NCBI GenBank assembly: GCA_963422645.2
Contig: CAXXVO010000007.1
Location: 512,001 to 576,000, forward strand
Source of the DNA: Alphaproteobacteria bacterium
GTDB taxonomy: Bacteria; Pseudomonadota; Alphaproteobacteria; UBA828
Length of the DNA stretch: 64,000 nt
Direction: 5' to 3'
In this document: in pieces, positions 10,541-19,841 of the stretch
Layout: every line of letters begins with the position of its first letter
Numbering within the stretch: position 1 is the stretch's first letter
Position numbers and translations under genes: made by a program
Notes under the pieces: generated by a model
What the model saw: only the letters and a program-made list of their open reading frames with translations
What the model was told of the DNA's origin: nothing
The model's database searches: none

Positions 10541-10749
10541 GGATTTTTTAGAACGTATAGGACAGAATTTATTTCGGGGAGACAGTTGCATTGGGGTGTC
10601 AGATGAGTGCGTGTGAGAGTATGGCCGACGTGGGTTATGGTATCCAATGGATAGGTGCCATTTGATATATATTTGGGAATTCTTACGATTTCGGTCGAAT
10701 TTGAGGGTAATCTATACGGTATTGGGACGACGGACGACGGGGCACGGAC

Positions 10750-11070
10750 ATGGCGGGTCCGGGGGGCGAGAAGCGGAAGCGGCGCTGCGTGATGGCGACC
10801 GATGCGGAGTGGTCGCGGATGCGCGGGAAGGCGCAGGAGGAAGGGACGTCGTGCTCGGAATTCATCGTGCGGCGCTGCCTGGCCGACGGGACGCCCGCCG
10901 CGCAGGCGCCCGCCTTGCAGGTGCCTGAGCTGCGCCACATTGCGCGCTCGGTGCTGGCGCTGGGGGATATGGAGCGGCTGCGGTCGATCGGGGAGGGCTC
11001 CGAGGGGGACTGGAACGCGGCGCTCGAGCGGGCCGATCGCTGGCTTGACGGAGAGACCTCTCTGGGGTGA
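10750..11070 (+). CDS. Ribbon-helix-helix (MobC/CopG-like) protein 1
   Basis: KRRCVMATDAEWSRMRGKAQEEGTSCSEFIVRRCL fits the beta-alpha-alpha RHH pattern. Confidence 0.65.
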   Translation: MAGPGGEKRKRRCVMATDAEWSRMRGKAQEEGTSCSEFIVRRCLADGTPAAQAPALQVPELRHIARSVLALGDMERLRSIGEGSEGDWNAALERADRWLDGETSLG

Positions 11071-11083
11071 TCGGTAGGGCGCG

Positions 11084-11413
11084 GTGAGACTCGCGAAGCA
11101 GCGCGGCATCCACTGCACGCCGGAGAAGTGGGAGCGGATCCGGCGGCGCGCCCGGAAGAACAACGAGACGATCTCGCGCTTCGGCGAGCTCTGCTGCCGG
11201 CGCGCGGCGGAAGCGTTGGGCGCGCCACCGTCAGTGCCGCCGGGCCATCCGCTGGCGCTGCCCGAGGACGACCAGCGGCGCCTGCTGGCGCACAGTCTTG
11301 CGGTGCAGCGCAGGACACGTGTTTCGATCCGGGCGCCGGGGGGAGAGCGCGTCGACCTGCCGCTCGACGCGGTGATCCGCTTCCTGCTGCTGTGCGAGGA
11401 GGAGGGCAATTGA
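11084..11413 (+). CDS. Ribbon-helix-helix (MobC/CopG-like) protein 2
   Basis: RGIHCTPEKWERIRRRARKNNETISRFGELCC. Confidence 0.6.
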   Translation: MRLAKQRGIHCTPEKWERIRRRARKNNETISRFGELCCRRAAEALGAPPSVPPGHPLALPEDDQRRLLAHSLAVQRRTRVSIRAPGGERVDLPLDAVIRFLLLCEEEGN

Positions 11414-11862
11414 GCAAGCCGAGAAAGAAGCCGCCCGCGCGCAAGGAGTCGCGCGGGAGGACGTACACGATCTCGTGCACCGACGAGCAGTGGGCGGCGA
11501 TTCAGGACGGAGCGGAGCGGGCCGGCAAGAATGTCTCGACGTGGTTCGTCGAGTGCGCGCTGACCGTGGACCCATGGCCCAGGAAGCACCGCCGGCTGGT
11601 GCTGAACGAGAGGGAGCAGCGCCGCCACGCGCGGGCGGTGGCGGTGAGCGCCCGGAACCTCGGCGCGGACGAGGCGGACGGAGCCGGCGATGTTGGGGCC
11701 GAACTCAGGGCGCTCATGGCCGCGCGGCTGCGCGGGATGGACCGGCGCGGCCGGCGCGAGAACGCGCTGGCGCTGCTGCGCCGGGCGTTCGGCGACGATG
11801 CGGCGCAAACCGTCACCGCGGCGTTCATACCGGACGCGCTGTTGAGCGGCGTGGAAAAGTGA
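11410..11862 (+). CDS. Ribbon-helix-helix (MobC/CopG-like) protein 3, 3' end replaced by an IS21 end
   Basis: TTG start overlaps the previous TGA; TYTISCTDEQWAAIQDGAERAGKNVSTWFVECAL; last codons lie in the IS21 IRL from 11840. Confidence 0.6.
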   Translation: MSKPRKKPPARKESRGRTYTISCTDEQWAAIQDGAERAGKNVSTWFVECALTVDPWPRKHRRLVLNEREQRRHARAVAVSARNLGADEADGAGDVGAELRALMAARLRGMDRRGRRENALALLRRAFGDDAAQTVTAAFIPDALLSGVEK

Positions 11863-12025
11863 CCCCCTATTGGAGATGCCGTAATGGGGCTTGGCGCCGG
11901 CGTGCAGCGTCTCGGCCTGTCGCGATGACGGCGAATCGGTTGTCGTTGCCCTTACACGCGTAGCGTGTTCACGGGGTCTTGCCGCAAGGCGCGCCCCAAT
12001 TCCTCTGGAGGAAAGGGCAACGACA

Positions 12026-13066
12026 ATGGACGTCTGTATCGGGCTGGATGTATCGCTGGCAAGCACGGCGGTTTGCGTTCTCGACGAGAAGGGCAAGATC
12101 GCGACCGAGGCGCAGGTCGCCAGCACGCCTGAAGCGCTGGTTGGGTTCCTGCACAAGCTGCCGCACGAGATCACCGCGATCGGTCTCGAGGCCGGTCCCT
12201 TGTCCCACTGGTTGCACAAGGGAATGACCGACGCCGGCTTCGAGGCCGTGTTGATGGAGACCCGGCAGGTAAAGGGTGCGCTGAAGGCCATGCCGATCAA
12301 GACCGATCGCCGGGACGCCGAGGGCATCGCACGGCTGTTGCTGATGGGGTGGTTTCGGCCGGTGCACTGCAAGTCGGTGTCATCGCAAGAGATGCGAGCC
12401 CTCCTGACCTCGCGCAAGTCCGTGCTGGACGCGATCATCCGCCTGGAGGTCTCGCTGCGCGGCGTCCTGCGTAACTTTGGCCTGAAGCTGGGCCTGATCT
12501 CGAAGGGCCGCTATGAGGCCCGAGTGCGGGAGTTGGTCGCCGGCAACGCGATGCTGGAAGCGGCAGCCGAACCGATCCTGGGCGCGCGGGCGGCCCTGCG
12601 CCGCGAGTTCGCCGAGCTGGAGAAGCTGGTCCGCACTCTGGCAAGGCAAGACAGGGCATGCCGCCTGTTGATGACCATGCCGGGCGTGGGGCATGTCATA
12701 GCCCTGACCTTCAAGTCCGCGATCGACGACCCGGAGCGGTTCCGAAGATCGAAGGATGTCGGCCCCTGGGTAGGGCTGACGCCGGCGCGGGAGCAGTCCG
12801 GGGAGAGGGATATTGTCGGCCGGATCACCAAGGCCGGCGATGCCGGTCTGCGCGCGGCTCTTTACCAAGCCGCAACGGTGATGCTGAACCGCACAGGGCC
12901 GAACTGGCTGAAGGCTTGGGCGCTACGTTTGGCGAAGCACAGGGGCAAGAAGCGCGCGACCGTTGCCTTGGCCCGGCGCATCGGTGTTGTGCTTCACCGA
13001 ATGTGGCGGGATGGAACCGAGTTCCGCTTTACGCGCGAGGAAGCGATGGCGCTTCGGACGGCATAG
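12026..13066 (+). CDS. IS110 family DEDD recombinase/transposase
   Basis: IGLDVS, GLEAG, KTDRRDA, MPGVG, GLTP..QSGE (catalytic Ser), ALARR. ATG at 12026. Confidence 0.95.
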   Translation: MDVCIGLDVSLASTAVCVLDEKGKIATEAQVASTPEALVGFLHKLPHEITAIGLEAGPLSHWLHKGMTDAGFEAVLMETRQVKGALKAMPIKTDRRDAEGIARLLLMGWFRPVHCKSVSSQEMRALLTSRKSVLDAIIRLEVSLRGVLRNFGLKLGLISKGRYEARVRELVAGNAMLEAAAEPILGARAALRREFAELEKLVRTLARQDRACRLLMTMPGVGHVIALTFKSAIDDPERFRRSKDVGPWVGLTPAREQSGERDIVGRITKAGDAGLRAALYQAATVMLNRTGPNWLKAWALRLAKHRGKKRATVALARRIGVVLHRMWRDGTEFRFTREEAMALRTA

Positions 13067-13129
13067 GCGCGGCTGCATCCCATCGGCAGTCAGCGAGGAG
13101 AGGAGGAAAGAGCCGCGCCTGAAGGTGGG

Positions 13130-13330
13130 CGAGCCACCAACGTCCCCTCGCCGGGACGCGGTCCCCGATGATGCACGTGGGCCCACTTGTTTGCCGAACC
13201 GGCCTGTCGTGTTCGAGCACGCTGTGGAGATAGGCACTCGGGAACCGATTTGGACTGGGCATGATGTTGGCAGCCGATGCGCTGACCACGGACAGAAGCG
13301 AGAACCCGGCGAAGGACACAAGACGTTGAG
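13130..13330 (+). ncRNA. Predicted seekRNA/bridge RNA of the IS1111-type element (boundaries approximate)
   Basis: GGGCCCACTT (13179-13188) and TGGAGA (13225-13230) match the target; GGCAT (13258-13262) and ACAGA (13292-13296) match the donor junction. Confidence 0.7.
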
Positions 13331-13534
13331 CAAGCGCGAGATCGATACGGTCGGCCCCATTGCACCTGACACCGGCAACCTCCTCCGCGCCTCACCCGGC
13401 GCCTCATAGCCAGGCCGAAGGAGCCCCTACACCACGCCAGGAAAACAACTGATTGGCGCGACAATGATCTATTGAAAATCGAGCTTGACGGGAAACGCCC
13501 CATTACAGAAGTGGGCCCCTGGGGTCGGACAGTT

Positions 13535-14688
13535 TCATGCGGCGGTTTTGACCGGGGTGCGGGGTTGTTTCTCCTCGAAGCGGTTGGGGCTCAGGTATCC
13601 GAGGGCGGAGTGTAGGCGTCTCTCGTTGTAGCTGTCGATGAAGCGGGGCAGGTGCTCCGCCACGTCTTCCGCGCTCTCGAGGGCCATGGGATAGACGCCC
13701 TCGACCTTCAGGGTCTTCATGAAGCTTTCCATCATGGCGTTGTCGTAGGGGTTGCCGCGCCGGCCCATCGAGCCGACCAGGCCGTGTTCGTCGAGCAGGG
13801 CCCGGTAGGCCTGGGCGGCGTATTGCGAGCCCCTGTCGGAGTGGTGGATGCAGCCGGGTGGCGGGTTGCGGCCCTCGATCGCCGTCGCCAGCGCCGCAAG
13901 GGTTAGCCGGGCATCGATCCGCCGGCCGAGGGCGTAGCCCACGATGCGCCGCGACCACGCATCCATGATCGCCGCCAGATAGACGAAGCCGCCCAGGATC
14001 GCGATGTAGGTCAGATCGGCGACCCAGAGCTGGTTCGGACCATCGACATCGCGCTCCCTGGAGCGGTCCGGGAAGACGGGCTCGTCGTGGTCGCTGTCGG
14101 TGGTGGCGACGAAGCGGCGCCGGCAGGGCGGATGCAGCGCGTGCTCGCGCATCAGGCGCTTGATCTTCTTGTGGTTCACCACCCAGCCGCGATGCCTCAG
14201 CGCCGCCTGCATGCGCCGCCAGCCGTAGGCTTCGAACTCATCCTTGATCGCGTGCATGGCCTCCACCAGCGCGGTGTCGTCTGCCGAGCCCTTGGGCTTG
14301 TCGTAGTAAGTAGAATGCGCGATCCCCATCAGTCGGCATCCTTCGGCGACGGAGAGGCCTTGGGGCCGGTGATGACGGACATGGGCGCGTTTCTCGGCCG
14401 GCGTCCTTGCCGCTGAGCCCCCTTTAGAAACTCGAGCTCCAGGGCCTGCTTGCCGACCAGGCGCTCGAGCGCCGCGATCCGGGCCTCGTATTCCTGGATC
14501 GTGTCGGCCGCCTCGGCGTCCTCGTCGAAGGCGCCGGCCTCGTACTTGTCCACCCAGATCCGGATCAGGGTGCGGGAGAGCTCGTGCCGACGGGCCAGGC
14601 CGTGCAGCGTCTCGCCGGCGAGATACTCCTGAACGACCTGGCGCTTGAACGCGATGCCGTGGGTGCGGTGGGTTCGGTGCTTTGCCAT
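13535..14688 (-). CDS. IS3 family transposase OrfAB (OrfA 14329..14688; OrfB ends 13535; probable -1 frameshift)
   Basis: OrfA HTH; OrfB WVADLTY, HHSDRGSQY, DNAMMESF DDE motifs; slippery-like TTTCTAAAGGGGG on the minus strand at 14418-14430. Confidence 0.92.
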
Positions 14689-14763
14689 GGGCGTCGATCC
14701 TTCGAATGCCCGGTGCACCGGTCAAATAAATTCAAGCCACCTGTCCGGCCCCAGGGGCCCACT

Positions 14764-16396
14764 TCTGTAATGGGGCGTTTCCCGTCAAGCTCGATTTTCA
14801 ATAGATCATTGTCGCGCCAATCAGTTGTTTTCCTGGCGTGGTGTAGGGGCTCCTTCGGCCTGGCTATGAGGCGCCGGGTGAGGCGCGGAGGAGGTTGCCG
14901 GTGTCAGGTGCAATGGGGCCGACCGTATCGATCTCGCGCTTGCTCAACGTCTTGTGTCCTTCGCCGGGTTCTCGCTTCTGTCCGTGGTCAGCGCATCGGC
15001 TGCCAACATCATGCCCAGTCCAAATCGGTTCCCGAGTGCCTATCTCCACAGCGTGCTCGAACACGACAGGCCGGTTCGGCAAACAAGTGGGCCCACGTGC
15101 ATCATCGGGGACCGCGTCCCGGCGAGGGGACGTTGGTGGCTCGCCCACCTTCAGGCGCGGCTCTTTCCTCCTCTCCTCGCTGACTGCCGATGGGATGCAG
15201 CCGCGCCTATGCCGTCCGAAGCGCCATCGCTTCCTCGCGCGTAAAGCGGAACTCGGTTCCATCCCGCCACATTCGGTGAAGCACAACACCGATGCGCCGG
15301 GCCAAGGCAACGGTCGCGCGCTTCTTGCCCCTGTGCTTCGCCAAACGTAGCGCCCAAGCCTTCAGCCAGTTCGGCCCTGTGCGGTTCAGCATCACCGTTG
15401 CGGCTTGGTAAAGAGCCGCGCGCAGACCGGCATCGCCGGCCTTGGTGATCCGGCCGACAATATCCCTCTCCCCGGACTGCTCCCGCGCCGGCGTCAGCCC
15501 TACCCAGGGGCCGACATCCTTCGATCTTCGGAACCGCTCCGGGTCGTCGATCGCGGACTTGAAGGTCAGGGCTATGACATGCCCCACGCCCGGCATGGTC
15601 ATCAACAGGCGGCATGCCCTGTCTTGCCTTGCCAGAGTGCGGACCAGCTTCTCCAGCTCGGCGAACTCGCGGCGCAGGGCCGCCCGCGCGCCCAGGATCG
15701 GTTCGGCTGCCGCTTCCAGCATCGCGTTGCCGGCGACCAACTCCCGCACTCGGGCCTCATAGCGGCCCTTCGAGATCAGGCCCAGCTTCAGGCCAAAGTT
15801 ACGCAGGACGCCGCGCAGCGAGACCTCCAGGCGGATGATCGCGTCCAGCACGGACTTGCGCGAGGTCAGGAGGGCTCGCATCTCTTGCGATGACACCGAC
15901 TTGCAGTGCACCGGCCGAAACCACCCCATCAGCAACAGCCGTGCGATGCCCTCGGCGTCCCGGCGATCGGTCTTGATCGGCATGGCCTTCAGCGCACCCT
16001 TTACCTGCCGGGTCTCCATCAACACGGCCTCGAAGCCGGCGTCGGTCATTCCCTTGTGCAACCAGTGGGACAAGGGACCGGCCTCGAGACCGATCGCGGT
16101 GATCTCGTGCGGCAGCTTGTGCAGGAACCCAACCAGCGCTTCAGGCGTGCTGGCGACCTGCGCCTCGGTCGCGATCTTGCCCTTCTCGTCGAGAACGCAA
16201 ACCGCCGTGCTTGCCAGCGATACATCCAGCCCGATACAGACGTCCATTGTCGTTGCCCTTTCCTCCAGAGGAATTGGGGCGCGCCTTGCGGCAAGACCCC
16301 GTGAACACGCTACGCGTGTAAGGGCAACGACAACCGATTCGCCGTCATCGCGACAGGCCGAGACGCTGCACGCCGGCGCCAAGCCCCATTACGGCA
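14764..16396 (-). mobile_element. IS110 family, IS1111-type element, copy 2 (inverted)
   Basis: Reverse complement of 11877-13509, same length, identical transposase translation. Confidence 0.9.
15207..16247 (-). CDS. IS110 family DEDD recombinase/transposase
   Basis: Identical translation to 12026..13066. Confidence 0.95.
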   Translation of the reverse strand: MDVCIGLDVSLASTAVCVLDEKGKIATEAQVASTPEALVGFLHKLPHEITAIGLEAGPLSHWLHKGMTDAGFEAVLMETRQVKGALKAMPIKTDRRDAEGIARLLLMGWFRPVHCKSVSSQEMRALLTSRKSVLDAIIRLEVSLRGVLRNFGLKLGLISKGRYEARVRELVAGNAMLEAAAEPILGARAALRREFAELEKLVRTLARQDRACRLLMTMPGVGHVIALTFKSAIDDPERFRRSKDVGPWVGLTPAREQSGERDIVGRITKAGDAGLRAALYQAATVMLNRTGPNWLKAWALRLAKHRGKKRATVALARRIGVVLHRMWRDGTEFRFTREEAMALRTA

Positions 16397-16493
16397 TCTC
16401 CATATTGGGGGTGATCGGCGTCCAAAATTGCCCCCCCCTGGATTTGTGTCCATGAACACACCTCGTCGTTTGGACGGACGAGGTGGGGGGGAG

Positions 16494-17402
16494 ATGCTGG
16501 TTGTGGAAACGATCGCGAAGATCCGTCGGGATCGTCTGGTGAAGGGCGTTCCGATCAAGAAGCTCGCCCGGGATTTGAGGGTTTCCAAGAACACGATACG
16601 CAAGGTGGTTCGGGGCGATGCGACCTCGCACAGCTACGCGCGCAAGATCCAGCCGATGCCGAAGCTTGGGCCGTGGGTCGACGAGCTCGAGCGCCAGCTG
16701 GAGGCCAACGAGAAGAAGAAGCGCCGGGATCGCCTGTCCCTGCTGCAGATCCATGAGGACCTTGGCGAGCTGGGCTACAAGGGCGGCTATGATGCGGTCC
16801 GGCGCTACGCCAAGGCGTGGCGGCGCCGGCGCCGTCTGTTATCGCCGTCGCAGGCCTATGTGCCGCTGATCTTCGACCCTGGCGAGGCCTACCAGTTCGA
16901 CTGGAGCCATGAGTACGCGCGTCTGGCGGGTGCGACGACCAAGGTGAAGGCGGCGCACATGCGGCTCTGCCACAGCCGGATGTATCTGGTCCAGATCTTT
17001 CCCCGCGAGAGCCAGGAGATGGTGTTCGAGGCACATGAACGTGCCTTCCGCCTCTTCGGCGGGGTCTGCCGGCGGGGCATCTACGACAACATGAAGACGG
17101 CGGTGAACACGATCTTCGTCGGCAAGAAGCGGGACTACAACCGCCGCTTCCAGGAGATGTGTTCGCACCATCTGATCGAGCCTGTGGCGTGCACGCCAGG
17201 GGCGAGCTGGGAGAAGGGGCAGGTTGAGAAGCAGGTGGGAGACCTTCGTGGGCGTCTGTTCGCGCGCAGCCCGCGGGGCCGCTCCTACGCCGAGATCAAC
17301 GAGTGGCTGATGGATCGGTGCATAGAGGAGGCCAAGAAGCAGCCGCATCCGACGATCCCGGGCAAAACGGCGCGAAGATGGAAACAAAAAGGAGTGGAGT
17401 GA
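16494..17402 (+). pseudogene. istA: Truncated IS21 transposase IstA
   Basis: Nearly identical to 47890..49404 up to HPTIPGKT, then diverges at ~17371. Confidence 0.88.
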
Positions 17403-17757
17403 GTCATGGGATGGGGTGGGTTGCTTTGGTTCCTGATTAAGCGTGATATTACTGGTAGTTGTGGATTGGTGCAAGAGGATTGTGGTGGTGGTGGGCTGAT
17501 GTAAGAGAGGGGAGTCTTGGAGGGGTGAGTTGCATTCTGGGAAGTAAATACGTATGTCTGAGTAGATGGATCTGTCTGAGTGGAGGGCATGCGGTGGATT
17601 TGCGTTTGGATAGAAGCGATAAGGCGCTGAGCTGGAGAGACGTATCGGGATGGGGATGGGTTATTTGCATTATAAGGGGTGGTGCAGGTGATTTTGACAA
17701 GAATGCGGGTCCGGTGAGCTGCGTCAGGCTTGGCTGCAAGGTTCTCGGGGCGCAATC

Positions 17758-17809
17758 ATGAGCCGCAGGCCGGCGGAGCGCCGCACCCAGCACGCGGTCA
17801 TGGCGACGG
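17758..17809 (+). pseudogene. 5' stub of an RHH gene paralogous to 10750..11070, cut by element 'C'
   Basis: MSRRPAERRTQHAVMAT versus MAGPGGEKRKRRCVMAT. Confidence 0.45.
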
Positions 17810-17959
17810 TGAGCGCGCGCGGTCTTTCAGCGGGGATCGGGGCCTGATCCGCTCGGATTTGTTGAGGTTTTGGGGCGGGTGCCCCTCGGCGAACTTGCAA
17901 GAAGTTCGCCGGGGGGCTTTGTCTCGTGGTGACGGTCACAATCGCCAGAGACGGCCCCA

Positions 17960-18577
17960 ATGTCGCACAACATTTTCCGCCACTCCATGCTTTGCAACGC
18001 CCTGGTCTGGGCCTGGCTGCGCGAGGTCGATGAGGCCGAGGCGGCGCGCTGCCGCGAGGCGGGCTGCCGACACTGCCCCGGCAAGCTGCACAGCGCGACG
18101 TATCCGCGCAAGCCGTACGGTCTGGCAGCCGAGTTGAGGGAAGAGGGCACGCGGCGGTTCAGCTTCTGCTGCGCGGATTGCCGCCTGCGAGCGACCCCAC
18201 CATCGGTACGATTCTTCGGGCGCCGCTTTTATCTGGGCGCCCTGTTCGTTCTGTTGAGTGCACTGGTTCTGAGAGGCGGGGTGCGGTTGCAGACGATCAA
18301 GCGGAAGTGGGGGGTCTCGGTCGCCACACTGCGCCGCTGGCGGAAGTGGTGGCTGGAGGCGTTCCCGGCGACGGAGCCCTGGGGAGCGAAGCGTGGCGAA
18401 CTGGTGATGCCACCCGAGGAGGTGCCGCTGCTCTTCGTGCTGCGGCAGATGCGGGGCGGACGCTTCGGTGAGCGTCTGTTCCTGAGCCTGATCTGGTTCA
18501 AGCCGTGGACGGGCTATTGCGGGCTCGGCGATGGCTCGGCGCCGCCCGCAGAAAGTGTTCCTGTCACGCCCGGATAG
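17960..18577 (+). CDS. Cys-rich (Zn-finger-like) + HTH accessory protein of transposon 'C'
   Basis: CRHC...CCADC and an HTH-like segment GVSVATLRRWRKWW; identical to 44507..45124. Confidence 0.7.
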   Translation: MSHNIFRHSMLCNALVWAWLREVDEAEAARCREAGCRHCPGKLHSATYPRKPYGLAAELREEGTRRFSFCCADCRLRATPPSVRFFGRRFYLGALFVLLSALVLRGGVRLQTIKRKWGVSVATLRRWRKWWLEAFPATEPWGAKRGELVMPPEEVPLLFVLRQMRGGRFGERLFLSLIWFKPWTGYCGLGDGSAPPAESVPVTPG

Positions 18578-18626
18578 GGCGTTCTACATGGGCATCTCTC
18601 CGATGCGGCGAGGGAGGGATGCCGGA

Positions 18627-19444
18627 ATGGACAAGGACGACGCAGGCGCCAGGCGCGAGAAGTGGGCCCGGCTGCGCTTTGCGGTGGTGGGGCCGCTTCT
18701 GGCTTCACCGCCGCCTGCAGGCCAGCTGGGGGCCGAGTTCGAGCGTCTGTCGCAGCGCGACTGGGAGCACCCGTCGGGCAAGGGGCCGGTGCGCTTTGCG
18801 GCCTCGACGATCGAGCGCTGGTACTACCGGGCGCGGGCAGAGGAGCAGGACCCGGTCAAGGCGCTGCGCCGGAAGCCTCGGACCGACGTCGGCCGCGAGC
18901 GGTCCATGTCGGCGGGGCTGATCGCGGCGCTGCGCGAGCAGTACCGGGTCCATCCCTCGTGGGCGGCGCAGCTCCACTACGAGACCCTCAAGGCTCATGT
19001 TGCGACCCATCCCGAGCTCGGCCCGATGCCGTCCTACGCGACGCTGACGCGGGCGATGCGCAATCGCGGCCTGGTGCGCGAGCGCCCCAGGAAGTGGCAC
19101 GAGGGTGAGGACAAGCCGGCGGTCGAAGCCCGCGAGGTCCTTAGCTACGAGGTGTCTCGCAGTCACGCGCTGTGGCACGGGGACTTCCACCACGGCAAGC
19201 GCCGCGTGCTGACGGCGTCGGGCGAATGGCAGACGCCCATCCTGCTCGGCTTCCTCGACGACCACTCCAGGCTTGGCTGCCACCTGCAGTGGTACCTGGA
19301 GGAGACCGCCGAGGTCTTCGTCCACGGGCTCTGTCAGGCCTTCATGAAGAGGGACTTGCCCAGGTCCCTGCTGACCGACAACGGCGGGCCGATGACGGCG
19401 GGCGAGGTCGAGGAGGGCTTGCACCGCCTCGGCATCGTGGGGGC
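18627..19444 (+). pseudogene. Truncated rve/IS481-like DDE integrase
   Basis: LWHGDFH, FLDDHSR, LLTDNG; lacks the NGKIE glutamate region; fused to a CAGAC-IS end. Confidence 0.85.
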
Positions 19445-19550
19445 GCGACACCCAGCGAAAAACCGCCTGAAACAACCGAAATGTATCAGAATTCAAGGAG
19501 TTCCCGGCACGCTGCCCAGAACAGCCAGCATCACGAGGTCAGGAAGTCTG
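19441..19550 (-). mobile_element. Isolated left-end fragment of the CAGAC-ended IS
   Basis: Matches 56593-56702 and ends GAGGTCAGGAAGTCTG. Confidence 0.88.
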
Positions 19551-19841
19551 AGATTACAGTGCCAGTCGGCGTCGAGCCCGCTTGCCGAACAACAGCGTGA
19601 CGCCCATCGCGGGACTCGAGGCCTGAATGCGGCCCGATCGTACCGGGCTCCCACGCCACTTCGCCTTGTGGGACTCCATTCATTCTGCTAAATTCCACAT
19701 CATGGCAGTGAACTGTCATCAATTGATGTTGTTCGCAACGCAACTTCTACCGAACTGTCGATCCGAAAAACAGGCAGACTAAGATAAGAACAACCACACT
19801 GCGTTGCTCGCTTAACGACAAGAATTTCGGGGAGGCTAGCA

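Larger units (their letters stand above)
11877..13509 (+). mobile_element. IS110 family, IS1111-type element, copy 1 (1633 bp)
   Basis: Sub-terminal IRs TAATGGGGC (11882-11890) and GCCCCATTA (13497-13505); AGA core at both junctions; long 3' non-coding region. Confidence 0.9.
11871..16402 (-). mobile_element. IS3 family element (~1266 bp reconstructed) with both TIRs interrupted by IS1111-type elements
   Basis: Reconstructed TIR TGGAGAAGTGGGCCCCTGGGG(T/C)CGGACAG; TG...CA tips; 3-bp TSD TAT at 11868-11870 and 16403-16405. Confidence 0.88.
11840..17370 (+). mobile_element. IS21 family element, copy 1: left end interrupted at 11871-16405 and truncated within istA
   Basis: IRL TGTTGAGCGGCGTGGAAAAGTGACCCCCTAT continues at 16406 as TGGGGGTGATCGGCGTCCAAAATT, matching the intact copy at 47771. 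Confidence 0.88.
17810..19444 (+). mobile_element. Transposon 'C' (Zn-finger ORF + DDE integrase), copy 1, truncated
   Basis: Begins TGAGCGCGCGCGGTC and is near-identical to 44357 onward until mid-integrase. Confidence 0.85.

Noticed and set aside
13485-13509. Junction promoter from TTGACG in the IS1111 right end
   Set aside because: A -35-like hexamer is present, but I found no convincing -10 at 16-18 bp spacing across the predicted circle junction.
11877-16396. Composite transposon of two IS110 copies carrying IS3 as cargo, or an assembly fold-back
   Set aside because: The outer 6 bp and inner sequences reassemble into IS3 TIRs that differ by one base and carry a 3-bp TSD. This fits independent targeted insertions better.
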